A DNA stretch of 64,000 nucleotides, taken from positions 2,783 to 66,782 of the forward strand of contig JBKQOA010000019.1 in the NCBI GenBank assembly GCA_052145735.1, read 5' to 3'. Made by a program: the position numbers and the translations under genes. Positions 38,394 through 49,406 of this stretch are shown here, piece after piece. The notes beneath the pieces are model-generated. The model worked only from the letters and a program-made list of their open reading frames with translations. It was not told the origin of the DNA and did not search any database. This stretch comes from Limisphaerales bacterium. Lineage in GTDB: Bacteria; Verrucomicrobiota; Verrucomicrobiia; Limisphaerales; UBA11358. The first letter of the stretch is position 1; every line of letters starts with the position of its first letter.

Positions 38394-38571
38394 AAAGCTA
38401 TCGCACTCGACAATTGCTTTGACCGCTTAAACCGTCAAACATTCAAATTTCCCAAGCGCCGACCATCAGTGATTCAATTGACTCGGCAAACGTTACCAAT
38501 GAAGGGCAAATACAGTCAAAGCATTTTTTTACTATTTCGGGCGGCAAAAAGCCTTTGAAATCCTGCCGGTT

Positions 38572-40323
38572 TCAGTGTCTGAAACGCTTGTCGGCCAGTT
38601 CCTTCCGCAACGATTTTAAAGTTAGGGCATTGACCACGTCGGTCTTTTCCAGCCAGCCCTTGCGCGCAACTCCCGCGCCCAGCCGGAGAAAACCGGCATG
38701 CTCATTCCGGTGCGCATCCGGGTTGATGACGCATTTCACGCCCTTGCTTTTTGCATAAGGCCACGACCGCCAGTCCAAATCAAACCGGTGGGGATTGCAG
38801 TTCAACTCGATCCAGGTTCCCGTTGCGGCGCACGCATCAATCACCGCCTCCACATTGACGGGATACGGCTCGCGTTCCAGAAGCAGCCGACCGGTCAGGT
38901 GGCCGATAAGGTGGACGAATTTGTTTTCCGCCGCCCGGATCAAGCGCTTCGTATTCTCCGCTTCATTGCCGGCCGGAACGTGCAAGCTCGCCACCACGAC
39001 GTCCAGTTCCGAGAGCAACTCGTCGTCGAAATCCAGTCGGTCACGCAAAATGTCCACTTCGGTCCCGGCAAGCAGGCGAAAGTCAGTGTCGCGCCCGGCC
39101 AGCCGGTCGTTGATCTTTTTGATTTCCTTGATTTGCTGCCGAACGCGTTTTGCGTCGAGTCCGTTCGCCTGAAATGACGATTTTGAGTGGTCGGTGATGG
39201 CCCAGTATTCCAGTCCGAGGTCGTCCATGTATTCCGCAATTTCTTCAAGCTGAGCGTGGCCGTCGCTCCAGGTCGAGTGGTTGTGCAATGAACCCTTCAA
39301 ATCCGTCCATTCGACGAGCCGGGGCAAATCGTCTTTCTCTCCCGCCGCAAATTCGCCGTGGTCCTCGCGCAACTCGGGCGGAACAAACGGCAGATCCAGC
39401 TTCGCATAAATCTCCGCTTCGTCCCGGCAGGGCGTGAGCAGCTTCGGATCGCGTGTCTCGGTTTTCGATTTGAACAGGCCGTATTCGTTGAGTCGCAGGC
39501 CCCGCTGGATGGCGCGCTGGCGCATGACGATGTTGTGCTCCTTGCTGCCGGTGAAATACGCGAGGGCAAAGGGAAACTCCCGGTCGCTCACCACGCGCAA
39601 ATCACACTGGAAACCGCCGGCCAGAATCACGCTCGCCTTGGTCTCGCCCTGGGCGGTGATTTGGGCGACATCCGGTTGCGCAACGAAGCATTCGATCACT
39701 TCCGCCGGTTTTTTCGAGGACGCGAGCAAATCAATGTCGCCAATGACCTCCCTGAACCGCCGCAAGCTGCCGGCCGCGCTGCAACGAATCACCTCGGGAT
39801 GTGCGCGCAAGCCATCGAGCAACGGCTCGGCGGCGCGCAGCGCATCGCTCAACAAATGTTTCGCCGCATAAGTCCGCCGGCGCTGAATGCCTTCGAGCAG
39901 ATTGGTCTGCGTTTTTTCGCCGAAACCGTCCAGTTCCGCGACCTTGCCGCTTTGGCAGGCGGCTTCGAGTTTTTTCACCGAATCCACCGCCAGTTTTTGG
40001 TTGAGCGCCTGGATTTTTCTCGGCCCCAGCCCGGGAATGGCAAGCATCTCCATCAACCCCGGTGGAATTGAGGCTTTGAGCTCGTCGTAATAAGCCAGCC
40101 TGCCGGTTTCAACCAGTTCGGTGATTTTCCGTTCCAAGGCCTCGCCGATTCCCTTGATTTCGCCCAGGCGTTTTTCGGCGACGATTTTTCCCAGGTGTTC
40201 GGCAAGGTTCTCCAAGGTGCGCGCGGCGTTCGCATAGGCACGGGTCTTGAACGGATTTTCACCCTTCAATTCCAGCAGTGTCCCAATTTCGGCCAAAATC
40301 CCCGCAACTTGTTCTTTGTCCAT
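38572..40323 (-). CDS. polX: DNA polymerase X family/PHP exonuclease
   Basis: ENPFKTRAY, GSLRR...GDIDLL, YFTGSKEHN, LHNHSTWSDG, ITDHS, NPDAH. Confidence 0.95.
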   Translation of the reverse strand: MDKEQVAGILAEIGTLLELKGENPFKTRAYANAARTLENLAEHLGKIVAEKRLGEIKGIGEALERKITELVETGRLAYYDELKASIPPGLMEMLAIPGLGPRKIQALNQKLAVDSVKKLEAACQSGKVAELDGFGEKTQTNLLEGIQRRRTYAAKHLLSDALRAAEPLLDGLRAHPEVIRCSAAGSLRRFREVIGDIDLLASSKKPAEVIECFVAQPDVAQITAQGETKASVILAGGFQCDLRVVSDREFPFALAYFTGSKEHNIVMRQRAIQRGLRLNEYGLFKSKTETRDPKLLTPCRDEAEIYAKLDLPFVPPELREDHGEFAAGEKDDLPRLVEWTDLKGSLHNHSTWSDGHAQLEEIAEYMDDLGLEYWAITDHSKSSFQANGLDAKRVRQQIKEIKKINDRLAGRDTDFRLLAGTEVDILRDRLDFDDELLSELDVVVASLHVPAGNEAENTKRLIRAAENKFVHLIGHLTGRLLLEREPYPVNVEAVIDACAATGTWIELNCNPHRFDLDWRSWPYAKSKGVKCVINPDAHRNEHAGFLRLGAGVARKGWLEKTDVVNALTLKSLRKELADKRFRH

Positions 40324-40559
40324 GCCGCTGAGTATAAACGCGTTCGGATGAACTCGAAAGAGAAAGTAAAGCAAGACGTGAACTCATTCCGGCCCGGAAA
40401 ATGCTTATTTGACCACAAAACCGGTCGGAATAGGCATCAGAACCCGTTTTTGTGATGAGCCGGATTAAGTTGGTTCGGAAGGGTTCAGGCAGCAGTTCGA
40501 AAGTGCATGAAGCTGTGAATTTTTGCGTTAACAATTGAAGTGCAACCGGAAATAAAAAA

Positions 40560-42575
40560 ATGAATTTCTTGGGCATGGATGTTTCGGATTTCTCGCAGCA
40601 ATACCTGCGGGCAGCACTGATGGTGTCGCTGCTGAGCGTATGGTTGCTGGTCGGTCTTTTCTATTACCTCAACCATTACACCAAGCGAGAGTATTTCACC
40701 GTCTGGACAGCGGCCTGGCTGTTTTATGCGTTGTGGTTGACGCTCGGACTCAAATTCCAGGACGTCCCGCCCGAGAGCACAATTTTCAAGCTTAAGCAGT
40801 GTTGCGTGGCCGTTTCGGCGGTCTTTCTTTTGTGGGGCAGCCTGCGCTTTCTGAGCATCCCGGTCCCGCAAAGGTTGTTTGGCCTGTTCATGCTGTTCCT
40901 CCTGGCCTGGACTTTCGTCATCCCCCATGTTCTTACCCAGGCGCTGGATCCCAAGGTCAGAATAATGGAAATGCAACTGCCGGTTTTTATCCTGCTCGGT
41001 TTGGGCAGTGTGTTTGCCGGAGTTTGCTTCTACCGGCTGCGAAAGAAGATGCCGTTCGTGGGCGCGGGAATGTTGTCGCTGGGCTTCCTGCTCTGGGGCC
41101 TTTACCTCACGAGTTATCCCTTGTCCCAGCAGGATGACCACCTTAAAAGCGCCGGCTTTTTTGTGGCCGCCGTGCTGCAACTCTTCATCGCCGTCAGCAT
41201 GATCGTGCTCGTGCTGGAGGAAGTGCGGTACAAAAACGAACAGGTGCTGGCCGAAATCGCCGCCGTCCGTTCGGAGAAAGAGGCATTGCAGGTAAAAGTC
41301 ATCACCACCGAGGAACAATGCCGCAGCCTTTACGATCAGGTGCGCCTCACCGAGGGACTGCAGAAAGCCTACGAAGAACTGCGCCGGACCCAGCAGGTGG
41401 TGGTGCAGCAGGAGCGCCTCCGGGCCCTGGGCCAGATGGCCAGCGGGGTGGCTCACGATGTCAACAACGCTTTGTCTCCCATTGTCGCCTATTCGGAACT
41501 GCTGCTCAACACCCTGCCGGACCTGCCGGAGGTTTCACGGCATTACCTGCAAACCATCAATCAGGCGGGCGGAGACATCGCTCAAATCGTCGCCCGCATG
41601 CGGGAGTTCTACCGCCGCCGCACCGAGACGGAGCCATTGACCGAGGTGAATGTCAACCAAGCCATCGAAGAAGTGACTGAACTCACCCGCCCGCGCTGGC
41701 GCGACCTGCCGCAACGCGAAGGCATTTCCATCCAGATTCAGCATGAACTGGATCCCCACCTGCCGCTGCTGTTGAGCGACCCGGCGGAACTCCGGGAAGC
41801 GCTGATCAACCTCGTCTTCAATGCGGTGGACGCCCTGCCACAAGGCGGCACCATCACCTTGATCACCCGGTCCACCACCCGCCCCCCCGCGGGCCAGAAC
41901 GGGGATGCCGAGCGGCAAATTCAGGTCGAAGTGCGGGACAACGGCATCGGCATGGATGAGAAAACCCGGCAACGTTGTTTGGAACCGTTCTTTTCCACCA
42001 AAGCCCAGCGCGGTGGCACCGGCCTGGGTCTGGCGATGGTCTATGGCATGACGCAACGCCACGACGGCAGCATTGAGATCGACAGTGCTCCCGGCTGTGG
42101 CACCTGTATCCGGCTCACTTTCCCCGTCCGGGAAAAAGCTTCCCCAGCCGGTCGGGATTCCCAGCCCCAGGCCAAACCCAATCGTTCGCTTAATATCCTT
42201 TGCATTGATGACGATGCGCAGGTCCGGCAACTCCTGAATGATTGTCTCACCCACTTCAATCATCGGGTGGTGGTGGCCTCCGGCGGAAAGCACGGGATGG
42301 AATTGTTCCGCACCGCCATGTTGAAAAACCAGCCCTACGAAGTGGTCATCACCGATTTGGGCATGCCGGACATTGATGGCCACCATGTGGCCCGGACGGT
42401 CAAGGCCGAATCTCCCAACACGCCCGTCATCATGATGACCGGTTGGGGCACGACCATGCGGGATGACGGAGAAAAGGCTCCGGAGGTGGACGCGGTGATC
42501 GGCAAGCCGCCGCATATGCAGGAATTGAACGATCTGCTGCTCCGCGTTACCACGTCGGTCAAACACCGCCCTTGA
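40560..42575 (+). CDS. Membrane-bound hybrid histidine kinase with receiver domain
   Basis: About 7 TM; GVAHDVNN H-box; NLVFNA; DNGIGM; GTGLGL; C-terminal ITDLGMP receiver. Confidence 0.93.
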   Translation: MNFLGMDVSDFSQQYLRAALMVSLLSVWLLVGLFYYLNHYTKREYFTVWTAAWLFYALWLTLGLKFQDVPPESTIFKLKQCCVAVSAVFLLWGSLRFLSIPVPQRLFGLFMLFLLAWTFVIPHVLTQALDPKVRIMEMQLPVFILLGLGSVFAGVCFYRLRKKMPFVGAGMLSLGFLLWGLYLTSYPLSQQDDHLKSAGFFVAAVLQLFIAVSMIVLVLEEVRYKNEQVLAEIAAVRSEKEALQVKVITTEEQCRSLYDQVRLTEGLQKAYEELRRTQQVVVQQERLRALGQMASGVAHDVNNALSPIVAYSELLLNTLPDLPEVSRHYLQTINQAGGDIAQIVARMREFYRRRTETEPLTEVNVNQAIEEVTELTRPRWRDLPQREGISIQIQHELDPHLPLLLSDPAELREALINLVFNAVDALPQGGTITLITRSTTRPPAGQNGDAERQIQVEVRDNGIGMDEKTRQRCLEPFFSTKAQRGGTGLGLAMVYGMTQRHDGSIEIDSAPGCGTCIRLTFPVREKASPAGRDSQPQAKPNRSLNILCIDDDAQVRQLLNDCLTHFNHRVVVASGGKHGMELFRTAMLKNQPYEVVITDLGMPDIDGHHVARTVKAESPNTPVIMMTGWGTTMRDDGEKAPEVDAVIGKPPHMQELNDLLLRVTTSVKHRP

Positions 42576-42654
42576 AACGTTGCCGGGGACCGAAGTCCCC
42601 GCCCGCCGGCATTTTTTCGTGCCGTTTTGCGCCCGGGCCGCTAAGTTCAAACCC

Positions 42655-43449
42655 ATGTCACGGATCGCGAAACGGCCGGTGGCCCTCACCATTGCGGGTT
42701 CCGACAGCGGCGGCGGCGCGGGCGTCCAGGCCGATTTGAAAACCTTCGCCGCATTGGGCGTTCATGGCGTGAGCGCCATCACCTGCCTCACCGCGCAAAA
42801 TCCCCGGCGCGTTCTCGCTGTTGAACCGTGTTCGCCCAAAATCGTGCGGCAACAAATCGAAGCCGTGTTCGCGGAATTGCCGCCGACAGCAGTGAAAACG
42901 GGAATGTTGTTTTCGGCGGAAATCATCCGCACCGTGGTTGGTTCTTTAAAAGCAAAAAAGGCTGTGCTGCTTGTGGTGGACCCGGTCATGATTTCAACCA
43001 GCGGAGCGACCCTGCTGCAACCGGCGGCCATCAAAACCCTGCGCGAGCGGTTGCTTCCGCTGGCAGACCTGGTCACGCCCAACCTCGACGAAACCGGAAT
43101 CCTGACCGGACGCAAGATTGTTTCCGTTGAAGACATGCGCCGGGCGGCCCGGGAAATTCATGCCCGTTACGGCAGCGCCGTGCTGGTCAAGGGCGGCCAT
43201 CTGCGCGGAATGCGCGAAGCCGTGGACATTTTTTTTGACGGCCGGACGGAACTGCTGTTAAGCGCACCGTTCGTCCGGGGCGTTTCAACGCATGGCACCG
43301 GCTGCACTTATTCGGCGGCCATCACGGCAGCGCTGGCATTGGGTCATGATTTGCCGCAGGCGGTTGAAATCGGCAAACGCCATGTGACCGCCGCCATCTC
43401 GCGGAGTTATCGCATCGGAAACCATTTCGCCCTCGGACATTTTGCCTGA
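42655..43449 (+). CDS. thiD: Hydroxymethylpyrimidine/phosphomethylpyrimidine kinase
   Basis: IAGSDSGGGAGVQADLK, VKTGML, TPNL, THGTGCT. Confidence 0.96.
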   Translation: MSRIAKRPVALTIAGSDSGGGAGVQADLKTFAALGVHGVSAITCLTAQNPRRVLAVEPCSPKIVRQQIEAVFAELPPTAVKTGMLFSAEIIRTVVGSLKAKKAVLLVVDPVMISTSGATLLQPAAIKTLRERLLPLADLVTPNLDETGILTGRKIVSVEDMRRAAREIHARYGSAVLVKGGHLRGMREAVDIFFDGRTELLLSAPFVRGVSTHGTGCTYSAAITAALALGHDLPQAVEIGKRHVTAAISRSYRIGNHFALGHFA

Positions 43450-43460
43450 GCGCGAAATGC

Positions 43461-45023
43461 TCACGGTCGCCACAACCGGAAAAACTGGCTGGTGTTCGTG
43501 ACACCCGCAACCACCGAGTTTTGATTGTTGGTCACCACGGGAGCCGGACCGTTGGTGTTCCACGAAACCGGCGCGTTGAGATTGGTGGCCGATTCCAGAA
43601 CAAAGCCGGCAGGATAAACCGGCCATTGGAAGACTACGTTGGTGCCGGATCTGACGATCCCCAACGACATGGAGAAAAATTCAAATGCCAGCGCATAGGT
43701 TTCGCTGCTGCTGACATAACTCCCGCCGGCCTTCCAAACCTGCAAATCATACCGTCCCGGCGGGAGGTTGGGCACAAAGAGGTGCTCCACGTTGTCCACG
43801 GCGCTGGTGCAGACGGCGACGAGATTGCTGTTGGCGGTGTTGTATAAAAACAAGTTGAGGTTGTTGATGGCCGTCTGGTTTCGTTGCCGGTTCCAAACGA
43901 GCGTTGCCGTCGCCGTGAAGGTGACGTCGGTGACGCCGTTCGTGACATTGAAATAATAATGGTTCACCCCGTCGGACGTGGAACTGCTGGTGTTGGTGTT
44001 GAAATCCCAACCGCTCAAGGTGCTGACCGTGCCGCTGGCCCCGGTGGGAGGATGCGCGCCACCGGTGGAAACACTGGTGGCAACAATATAAACATGCCGG
44101 CCGCCGGTGAGCTGCTTGTAGGAATTGAAGACATTCAACACGCCCGCGCCATAGCGCGCGTCCAGTGGCGAGGCTGTCCCGTTCGTCCAATCGGTTGGCT
44201 TGATGGCCCCGTTCAGCAACAACGCTTTCACCGTGCGGATGTCGGCGGCGGAATTGGTATTGCTGCCGCCGTCACCGCGCAATCCGGCTTGCATCAACAC
44301 CGCTGCCGCACCGGCGACCTGCGGCGTGGAATAGCTGGTTTCGCCGGCCGGGGCCATGATGTCCGGCTTGCACCGGCCGTTGTCCAGCGTCGGCCCCACG
44401 CTGGAACCGCCGCCGTAAGCACCGACGCCGATGCCATTGTAACACGTCGCCGGCGGGTTTACCGGCCCGCCATTGCCAATGCCTGAAACAAACAATGTAT
44501 TGTATCGCGCGGCGTAATTGTCGTATTGCGAGTCAATGCTCTGTTGCTGGCTGATGGTGGTTCCGGTAAAGATGAAACTCTGGTTCACCACCGGATCTTT
44601 GATGTTGGCGGGGTTCGCTGTGTCAATGATTGAACCCCAAAAATAATTCACGTCATAATTGTCCACGTGAATGACATTGGTGGCCACACCGCCCGGTATG
44701 CCGTAAAAAATTCCCGCCACCGCGTCCGCATGGCCGGATTCGGTATTGATGGAGTTCGGATAAGTACTCACCGAGCCCAGACTTGAAGTGTAAGTAAAAA
44801 GACTGACCGGCTGTCCGACTCCGCTGGCATCGGGGTTGACCTCCCAATTTGTGGTGCCGTTGTCATACGCCTCCGGCTGCGCCACGCGGATGCCAGAGCC
44901 ATTGACATTGGTCGTTACCGTCTGCAACAGCGTAACGCCGATGGTGTCGAGGTTCTGGGCGCGGACGGCCATTTGCCCCAGGAAAACGAAGGCCAAGAGG
45001 TATTGTGCGCCGCGCAAATTCAT
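43461..45023 (-). CDS. Secreted S8 subtilisin-like serine peptidase with C-terminal beta domains
   Basis: SGHADAVAG (His), SGIGN, KPDIMAP, TSYSTPQVAGAAA (Ser), YGAGVLN. Confidence 0.85.
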   Translation of the reverse strand: MNLRGAQYLLAFVFLGQMAVRAQNLDTIGVTLLQTVTTNVNGSGIRVAQPEAYDNGTTNWEVNPDASGVGQPVSLFTYTSSLGSVSTYPNSINTESGHADAVAGIFYGIPGGVATNVIHVDNYDVNYFWGSIIDTANPANIKDPVVNQSFIFTGTTISQQQSIDSQYDNYAARYNTLFVSGIGNGGPVNPPATCYNGIGVGAYGGGSSVGPTLDNGRCKPDIMAPAGETSYSTPQVAGAAAVLMQAGLRGDGGSNTNSAADIRTVKALLLNGAIKPTDWTNGTASPLDARYGAGVLNVFNSYKQLTGGRHVYIVATSVSTGGAHPPTGASGTVSTLSGWDFNTNTSSSTSDGVNHYYFNVTNGVTDVTFTATATLVWNRQRNQTAINNLNLFLYNTANSNLVAVCTSAVDNVEHLFVPNLPPGRYDLQVWKAGGSYVSSSETYALAFEFFSMSLGIVRSGTNVVFQWPVYPAGFVLESATNLNAPVSWNTNGPAPVVTNNQNSVVAGVTNTSQFFRLWRP

Positions 45024-45293
45024 GGGATTTTTATTTTTTGCCGCAAATTTAATGCCCAACTTCCAACCCCATATCTGAAATTTGAGGCGGTTGCGGATTG
45101 CCCAAAGATAACCATAAATCCGGGAGTGGTCTATTTTGATTTTGTGACGATTGTGAAAAGTTTCGGGATTACTTCCATTTTGGGCCGCAACCGATCGTTT
45201 TCAATTGCGTGAGAATTACCGGTTTTAACATAAATTCCGCCGAACCAAATCACCGCCTTTTCCTTTTGCCGGCGGTGCGCTACACTGCCGGGG

Positions 45294-46037
45294 ATGTCCG
45301 ACACGCTGGTCATCAACGAAATCTATCTGAGTTTGCAGGGCGAAAGCACGTTCGCCGGCCTGCCGTGCATTTTTGTCCGGCTCACCGCCTGCGATTTGCG
45401 CTGCTCCTACTGCGACACCGCCTATGCCTTCACCGCCGGCAAAAAAATGCCGCTGAGTGAGGTCCTGGCGAAAATCAATGAACTGGCTGCGCCATTCAGG
45501 AACCCGTCATCCGCCACTCGTCACGGGTCGCTGCCTTTGGTTGAACTGACCGGCGGCGAACCGCTGCTCCAAACAAATTCCCTGCCGTTGATGAAACAGC
45601 TTTGCGACGACGGTTTCACCGTGCTGCTCGAAACCAGCGGCGCGCACGATATTTCATCGGTTGGCCCCCGGGTTCATCGGATCATGGATTTGAAGTGTCC
45701 CGGCAGCGGCGAGGCCGGCCGCAACCGCTGGGAAAATCTCCGGCATTTGAAGAGCACCGACGAGATAAAATTCGTCATCGGCACCATCGAGGATTATGAA
45801 TGGGCCAGGCGGCAAATCGCCGAACACCGGCTGAATCTGGTATGTCCCCTGCTCTTTTCGTGGGTGCATCCGCTGGCGCCGGAGCAACAGGATAAATCGT
45901 TGAAAAAAGTCCCGGCAGGACAAACGCCGGTTTCCCGGCGTGAATTGGCGGAAAAAATCATGGCTGATGCGCTGCCGGTGCGGTTTCAGGTCCAGATGCA
46001 CAAAATCATCTGGCCGGCGGACCAACGGGGGGTTTAG
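45294..46037 (+). CDS. queE: 7-carboxy-7-deazaguanine synthase (radical SAM)
   Basis: EIYLSLQGE, CDLRCSYCDT, TGGEPL, QMHKIIW. Confidence 0.9.
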   Translation: MSDTLVINEIYLSLQGESTFAGLPCIFVRLTACDLRCSYCDTAYAFTAGKKMPLSEVLAKINELAAPFRNPSSATRHGSLPLVELTGGEPLLQTNSLPLMKQLCDDGFTVLLETSGAHDISSVGPRVHRIMDLKCPGSGEAGRNRWENLRHLKSTDEIKFVIGTIEDYEWARRQIAEHRLNLVCPLLFSWVHPLAPEQQDKSLKKVPAGQTPVSRRELAEKIMADALPVRFQVQMHKIIWPADQRGV

Positions 46038-47341
46038 TGAACAAAAACCGTCAAATGCTTGACGTGCTGCGCGATTATGAATCGCGCAACATCGTGTTCA
46101 TGGAGCCGGATGGTTCGTGGCCCATCGTCTGGGACCGCGCCCGGGACGTTTCCGTCTGGGACGCCAACGGGAAAAAATATCTGGATTTGACGGCGGCCTT
46201 CGGCGTGGCAACCGCCGGCCATGCGAACCCGCACGTCGTCAAAGCCGGCCAAAAACAGATGGCCCGGCTGTTGCATGCCATGGGCGATGTGCATCCGTCC
46301 GCGCGCAAGGCCGAACTCGCCCGCAAATTGAGCCGGATCACCTTCGAGCGCTGGAGCAACGGCAAAAAATCGGGCAAGGTCATCTTCGGTAATTCCGGCT
46401 TTGAAGCCGTTGAAGCCGCGCTCAAAACCGCCGTTCTCGCCACCGGCAGGCACGGCATCATCGCATTCAACGGCGCGTATCATGGATTGGGTTATGGCGC
46501 GCTCAACGCCACGCATCGTGAGTTCTTCCGCGGTCCCTTCCATTCCCAGCTTCGTGAGTTCGGTCACTTCGTGCAGTTTCCCTCCCGGGCCGGCGACGTT
46601 GCCAACATCGAGTGGAACATCCGCCGGCTCTTCCACCGCGAATGGATTGGCGCAATCCTCGTTGAGCCGGTGCAGGGCCGGGGAGGATGCAACGTTCCCC
46701 CCGGGGAATTTCTGCCGGGACTGCGAAAAATTTGCGACGAGCAAGGGGCGCTCCTGATTCTCGACGAAATCTACACCGGCTTTGGCCGCACGGGCAGATG
46801 GTTCGCCTGCGAACACAGCGGCGTCACGCCCGATCTCGTCTGCCTCGGCAAGGCGCTCACCGGCGGTTTCCCGCTTTCGGCCTGCGTCGGGCGGTCGGAC
46901 ATCATGAACACGGCGTGGCCCGCGTCGCGCGGCGAGGCGATTCACACCAGCACGTTCCTTGGCCATCCCGTCGGCTGCGCGATGGCCCTGGAGCAAATCA
47001 AGGAGATCGGAAAACTCGATTTGCCCAAACGCAGCGCGGAACTCGGCGAATTTCTGCTGGGCGAACTGCAAGCGAAGATTCCCCGTGCGAAATTTCAAGT
47101 CGCCGTGCGGGGTCTGGGCTTGATGGCCGGCGTGGAACTGCGTCTGGCCGACGGCAGACCGGCCGCCGCTGCGGTCATGAAGGCCATTAAAACCATGTTG
47201 CGCCGCGGATACATCCTTTTGCCCGAGGGCGAGCACGGCAACGTCATCAGCTTCACCCCGCCTCTCACCATCACCCGGGCACAACTGGTGAAAACTGTAA
47301 AAACGCTGGCCGAAGTTTTGGCCGCCGATGGACACAGATGA
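46037..47341 (+). CDS. Class III PLP-dependent aminotransferase
   Basis: SGFEAVEAALK, EPVQGRGG, DEIYTGFGRTG, GKALTGGFP. Confidence 0.92.
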   Translation: MNKNRQMLDVLRDYESRNIVFMEPDGSWPIVWDRARDVSVWDANGKKYLDLTAAFGVATAGHANPHVVKAGQKQMARLLHAMGDVHPSARKAELARKLSRITFERWSNGKKSGKVIFGNSGFEAVEAALKTAVLATGRHGIIAFNGAYHGLGYGALNATHREFFRGPFHSQLREFGHFVQFPSRAGDVANIEWNIRRLFHREWIGAILVEPVQGRGGCNVPPGEFLPGLRKICDEQGALLILDEIYTGFGRTGRWFACEHSGVTPDLVCLGKALTGGFPLSACVGRSDIMNTAWPASRGEAIHTSTFLGHPVGCAMALEQIKEIGKLDLPKRSAELGEFLLGELQAKIPRAKFQVAVRGLGLMAGVELRLADGRPAAAAVMKAIKTMLRRGYILLPEGEHGNVISFTPPLTITRAQLVKTVKTLAEVLAADGHR

Positions 47342-47445
47342 ATCAGATGACTGGATTAATGGATAGTTGGATGCTTGGATTATTGGGTGGAAACGCAACC
47401 ACCCATCCTTCATTTATCCATCAATCCATTCATCCATAAATCCAC
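47327..47445. repeat. Opposed 8-mer tandem arrays forming an imperfect inverted repeat
   Basis: GGATTAAT GGATAGTT GGATGCTT GGATTATT, then TTATCCAT CAATCCAT TCATCCAT AAATCCA. Confidence 0.8.
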
Positions 47446-47450
47446 CCCGA

Positions 47451-48338
47451 ATGAAACTTTCCGAAATGCGCAATCTGTTGACGAAACGGAACATTCAACT
47501 CACCAAATCCCTCGGCCAGAATTTTCTGCACGATGCCAATCAACTCCGCCGCATCGTTGAAGCGGCGGAATTGACCAAAGGGGACAGGGTGCTGGAAATC
47601 GGGCCGGGGCTGGGACCATTGACTGAATTGCTTTTAAAAAATGCGGGCAAAGTTCTGGCGATTGAGAAGGACGCGCGGCTAGTGGAAGTGTTGTGCGAAC
47701 GATTTGGTTTGGAGTCCCGGCTTCAGCCGGTCAGGCCCATACCAGCCTCGCCGCCTGAAGGCGGGACTCCGAACCTTGATCTGCGCCACGATGACGCGCT
47801 GGAATACTTGAAACGTGAACCGCGCGACTGGAGCGATTGGAAACTCGTGGCGAACCTGCCCTATTCCGTGGCCTCGCCGATCCTGGTGGAACTGGCCCAG
47901 TCACCCCAACGGCCGGAACGGATGGTCGCCACGCTGCAACTCGAAGTTGCCCGGCGGCTCATGGCCGGGGCCGGCGACGAGGATTATGGCGTGTTGACGC
48001 TGTTGGTGCAGCTCGATTACGAGCCGCGCGAGTGGTTCAAGATTCCGGCCGGCTGTTTCTTTCCAGCCCCGGACGTGGATTCGGCATGCGTGATTTTAAT
48101 CCGCCGGGAAGCTCCGCCTCTGCCTGAAAGCCAGCGTGAAACCTTTGTGAAAATCGTGAAACGCTCGTTTTCCCAGCGGCGGAAGATGATGGCCAAGCTG
48201 CTGCGCGAAGACTGGCCGGCGGAACAATTAACCCGGGTATTCGAAGATTTGAAGATCCCGCCGCAGGTAAGGGCGGAGAAGTTGGGTCTGGAACAATTTG
48301 TGGCGTTGACGGGAAAACTTTTCAGCATTGAATCCTGA
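47451..48338 (+). CDS. rsmA: 16S rRNA adenine dimethyltransferase KsgA
   Basis: KSLGQNFL, VLEIGPGLG, VANLPY, FFPAPDVDS, FSQRRKM. Confidence 0.96.
   Translation: MKLSEMRNLLTKRNIQLTKSLGQNFLHDANQLRRIVEAAELTKGDRVLEIGPGLGPLTELLLKNAGKVLAIEKDARLVEVLCERFGLESRLQPVRPIPASPPEGGTPNLDLRHDDALEYLKREPRDWSDWKLVANLPYSVASPILVELAQSPQRPERMVATLQLEVARRLMAGAGDEDYGVLTLLVQLDYEPREWFKIPAGCFFPAPDVDSACVILIRREAPPLPESQRETFVKIVKRSFSQRRKMMAKLLREDWPAEQLTRVFEDLKIPPQVRAEKLGLEQFVALTGKLFSIES
47706..47775. repeat. REP doublet (REPIN-like) inside rsmA
   Basis: GGTTTGGAGTC-CCGGCTTCAGCCGG-N20-CCGCCTGAAGGCGG-GACTCCGAACC. Confidence 0.88.
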
Positions 48339-48434
48339 TTGAGGTTGACCGCATGGTCCTTAACCTGGCATTGTAATGTAAGTTCAGCTTTTAGGTCTGA
48401 GTCCGATAATCAGTAAACGAACTCATCAACAGTT

Positions 48435-49406
48435 ATGAAAACAAGCAAGTTGGCTTCCGCGATTATCGCAGCCACACTCGCGTTGTGGACTTCCAACGCC
48501 CAAGCCCAAGTTCTCCAACCATTCCCAAAGCTCAACTTCGACCTGGTTGCCGCACAGCAGGAGCTTGATGTCTATGAAACATCTTCCAACGTTTTTGTAT
48601 CCACAATCAAAACCTTCAGAATCACCAACAAGGACCTTTTGAAATTTCTGGCAACGGCCTTAAACACGAACTGGCCTGCTGGCGCACAACTGGCACGGGA
48701 CGGCATTGGCATTATTGTCGTGGACAAAACGGGCACGAACAATGTTTTTGACGTTAGCACAGGGATGAATGCCGGCGATACGAATGTCGTTTTCTTTAGC
48801 ATGGATTCCGACTGCACGGTTGTCAGGTCTGAACTGGAGGTCAAGGGCAGGCTGATTGCCTTCACTAACGAATTCGGCCCGGGAGTCGGTATTAGTGGCA
48901 ACAGTGGGAGTATCAGTGCCCAGGGGAGTGACTTCGGGGAGATTTCCTTTCACCTCTTTTTTGAACAGGATGGCGTCACCAACACGGACCTTTATTTTGA
49001 TGGCCTTAATGCAACCGAGTTCCATTCAATTAGGGTCCTGACCGCCAACAAAAGCATCGTGTACGACATCACCAGTGAACAGGCACCAGTCACCGGCGAC
49101 GGCACATTCGATAATACCTGGACCGTGATAAAAGGCAAAGTGACTGGCTCATCGAAGTGGAATTCTCCCGTTCCCAACCCAGCACAACTCAATCCAGTAC
49201 AACTCAATCCAGTACAACCATTCACCAATATATTTACTCCACCGACAAATTGGCCGTCACCAATACTATTGACGAATATAATATCAAGATCAACGAATCT
49301 GCCGCCGCTACAGCCAAACACCAATACAATAATAATTTACCCCTATACCAATATATTCGTCTTCACATCGGGCATAACATTTACCAATACAATCACCATA
49401 AACTGA
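48435..49406 (+). CDS. Secreted hypothetical protein, lower GC, Thr/Asn/Pro-rich tail
   Basis: Signal peptide ...SNAQA; 15-bp repeat encoding PAQLNPVQLNPVQ. Confidence 0.75.
   Translation: MKTSKLASAIIAATLALWTSNAQAQVLQPFPKLNFDLVAAQQELDVYETSSNVFVSTIKTFRITNKDLLKFLATALNTNWPAGAQLARDGIGIIVVDKTGTNNVFDVSTGMNAGDTNVVFFSMDSDCTVVRSELEVKGRLIAFTNEFGPGVGISGNSGSISAQGSDFGEISFHLFFEQDGVTNTDLYFDGLNATEFHSIRVLTANKSIVYDITSEQAPVTGDGTFDNTWTVIKGKVTGSSKWNSPVPNPAQLNPVQLNPVQPFTNIFTPPTNWPSPILLTNIISRSTNLPPLQPNTNTIIIYPYTNIFVFTSGITFTNTITIN

Noticed and set aside
38572-40323. polX as a mobile or defence gene
   Set aside because: It has an ordinary intact PolX-PHP architecture with no mobile context.
45294-46037. queE as part of a Dpd DNA-modification defence island
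   Set aside because: No dpd, queC or queD neighbours; the context is housekeeping.
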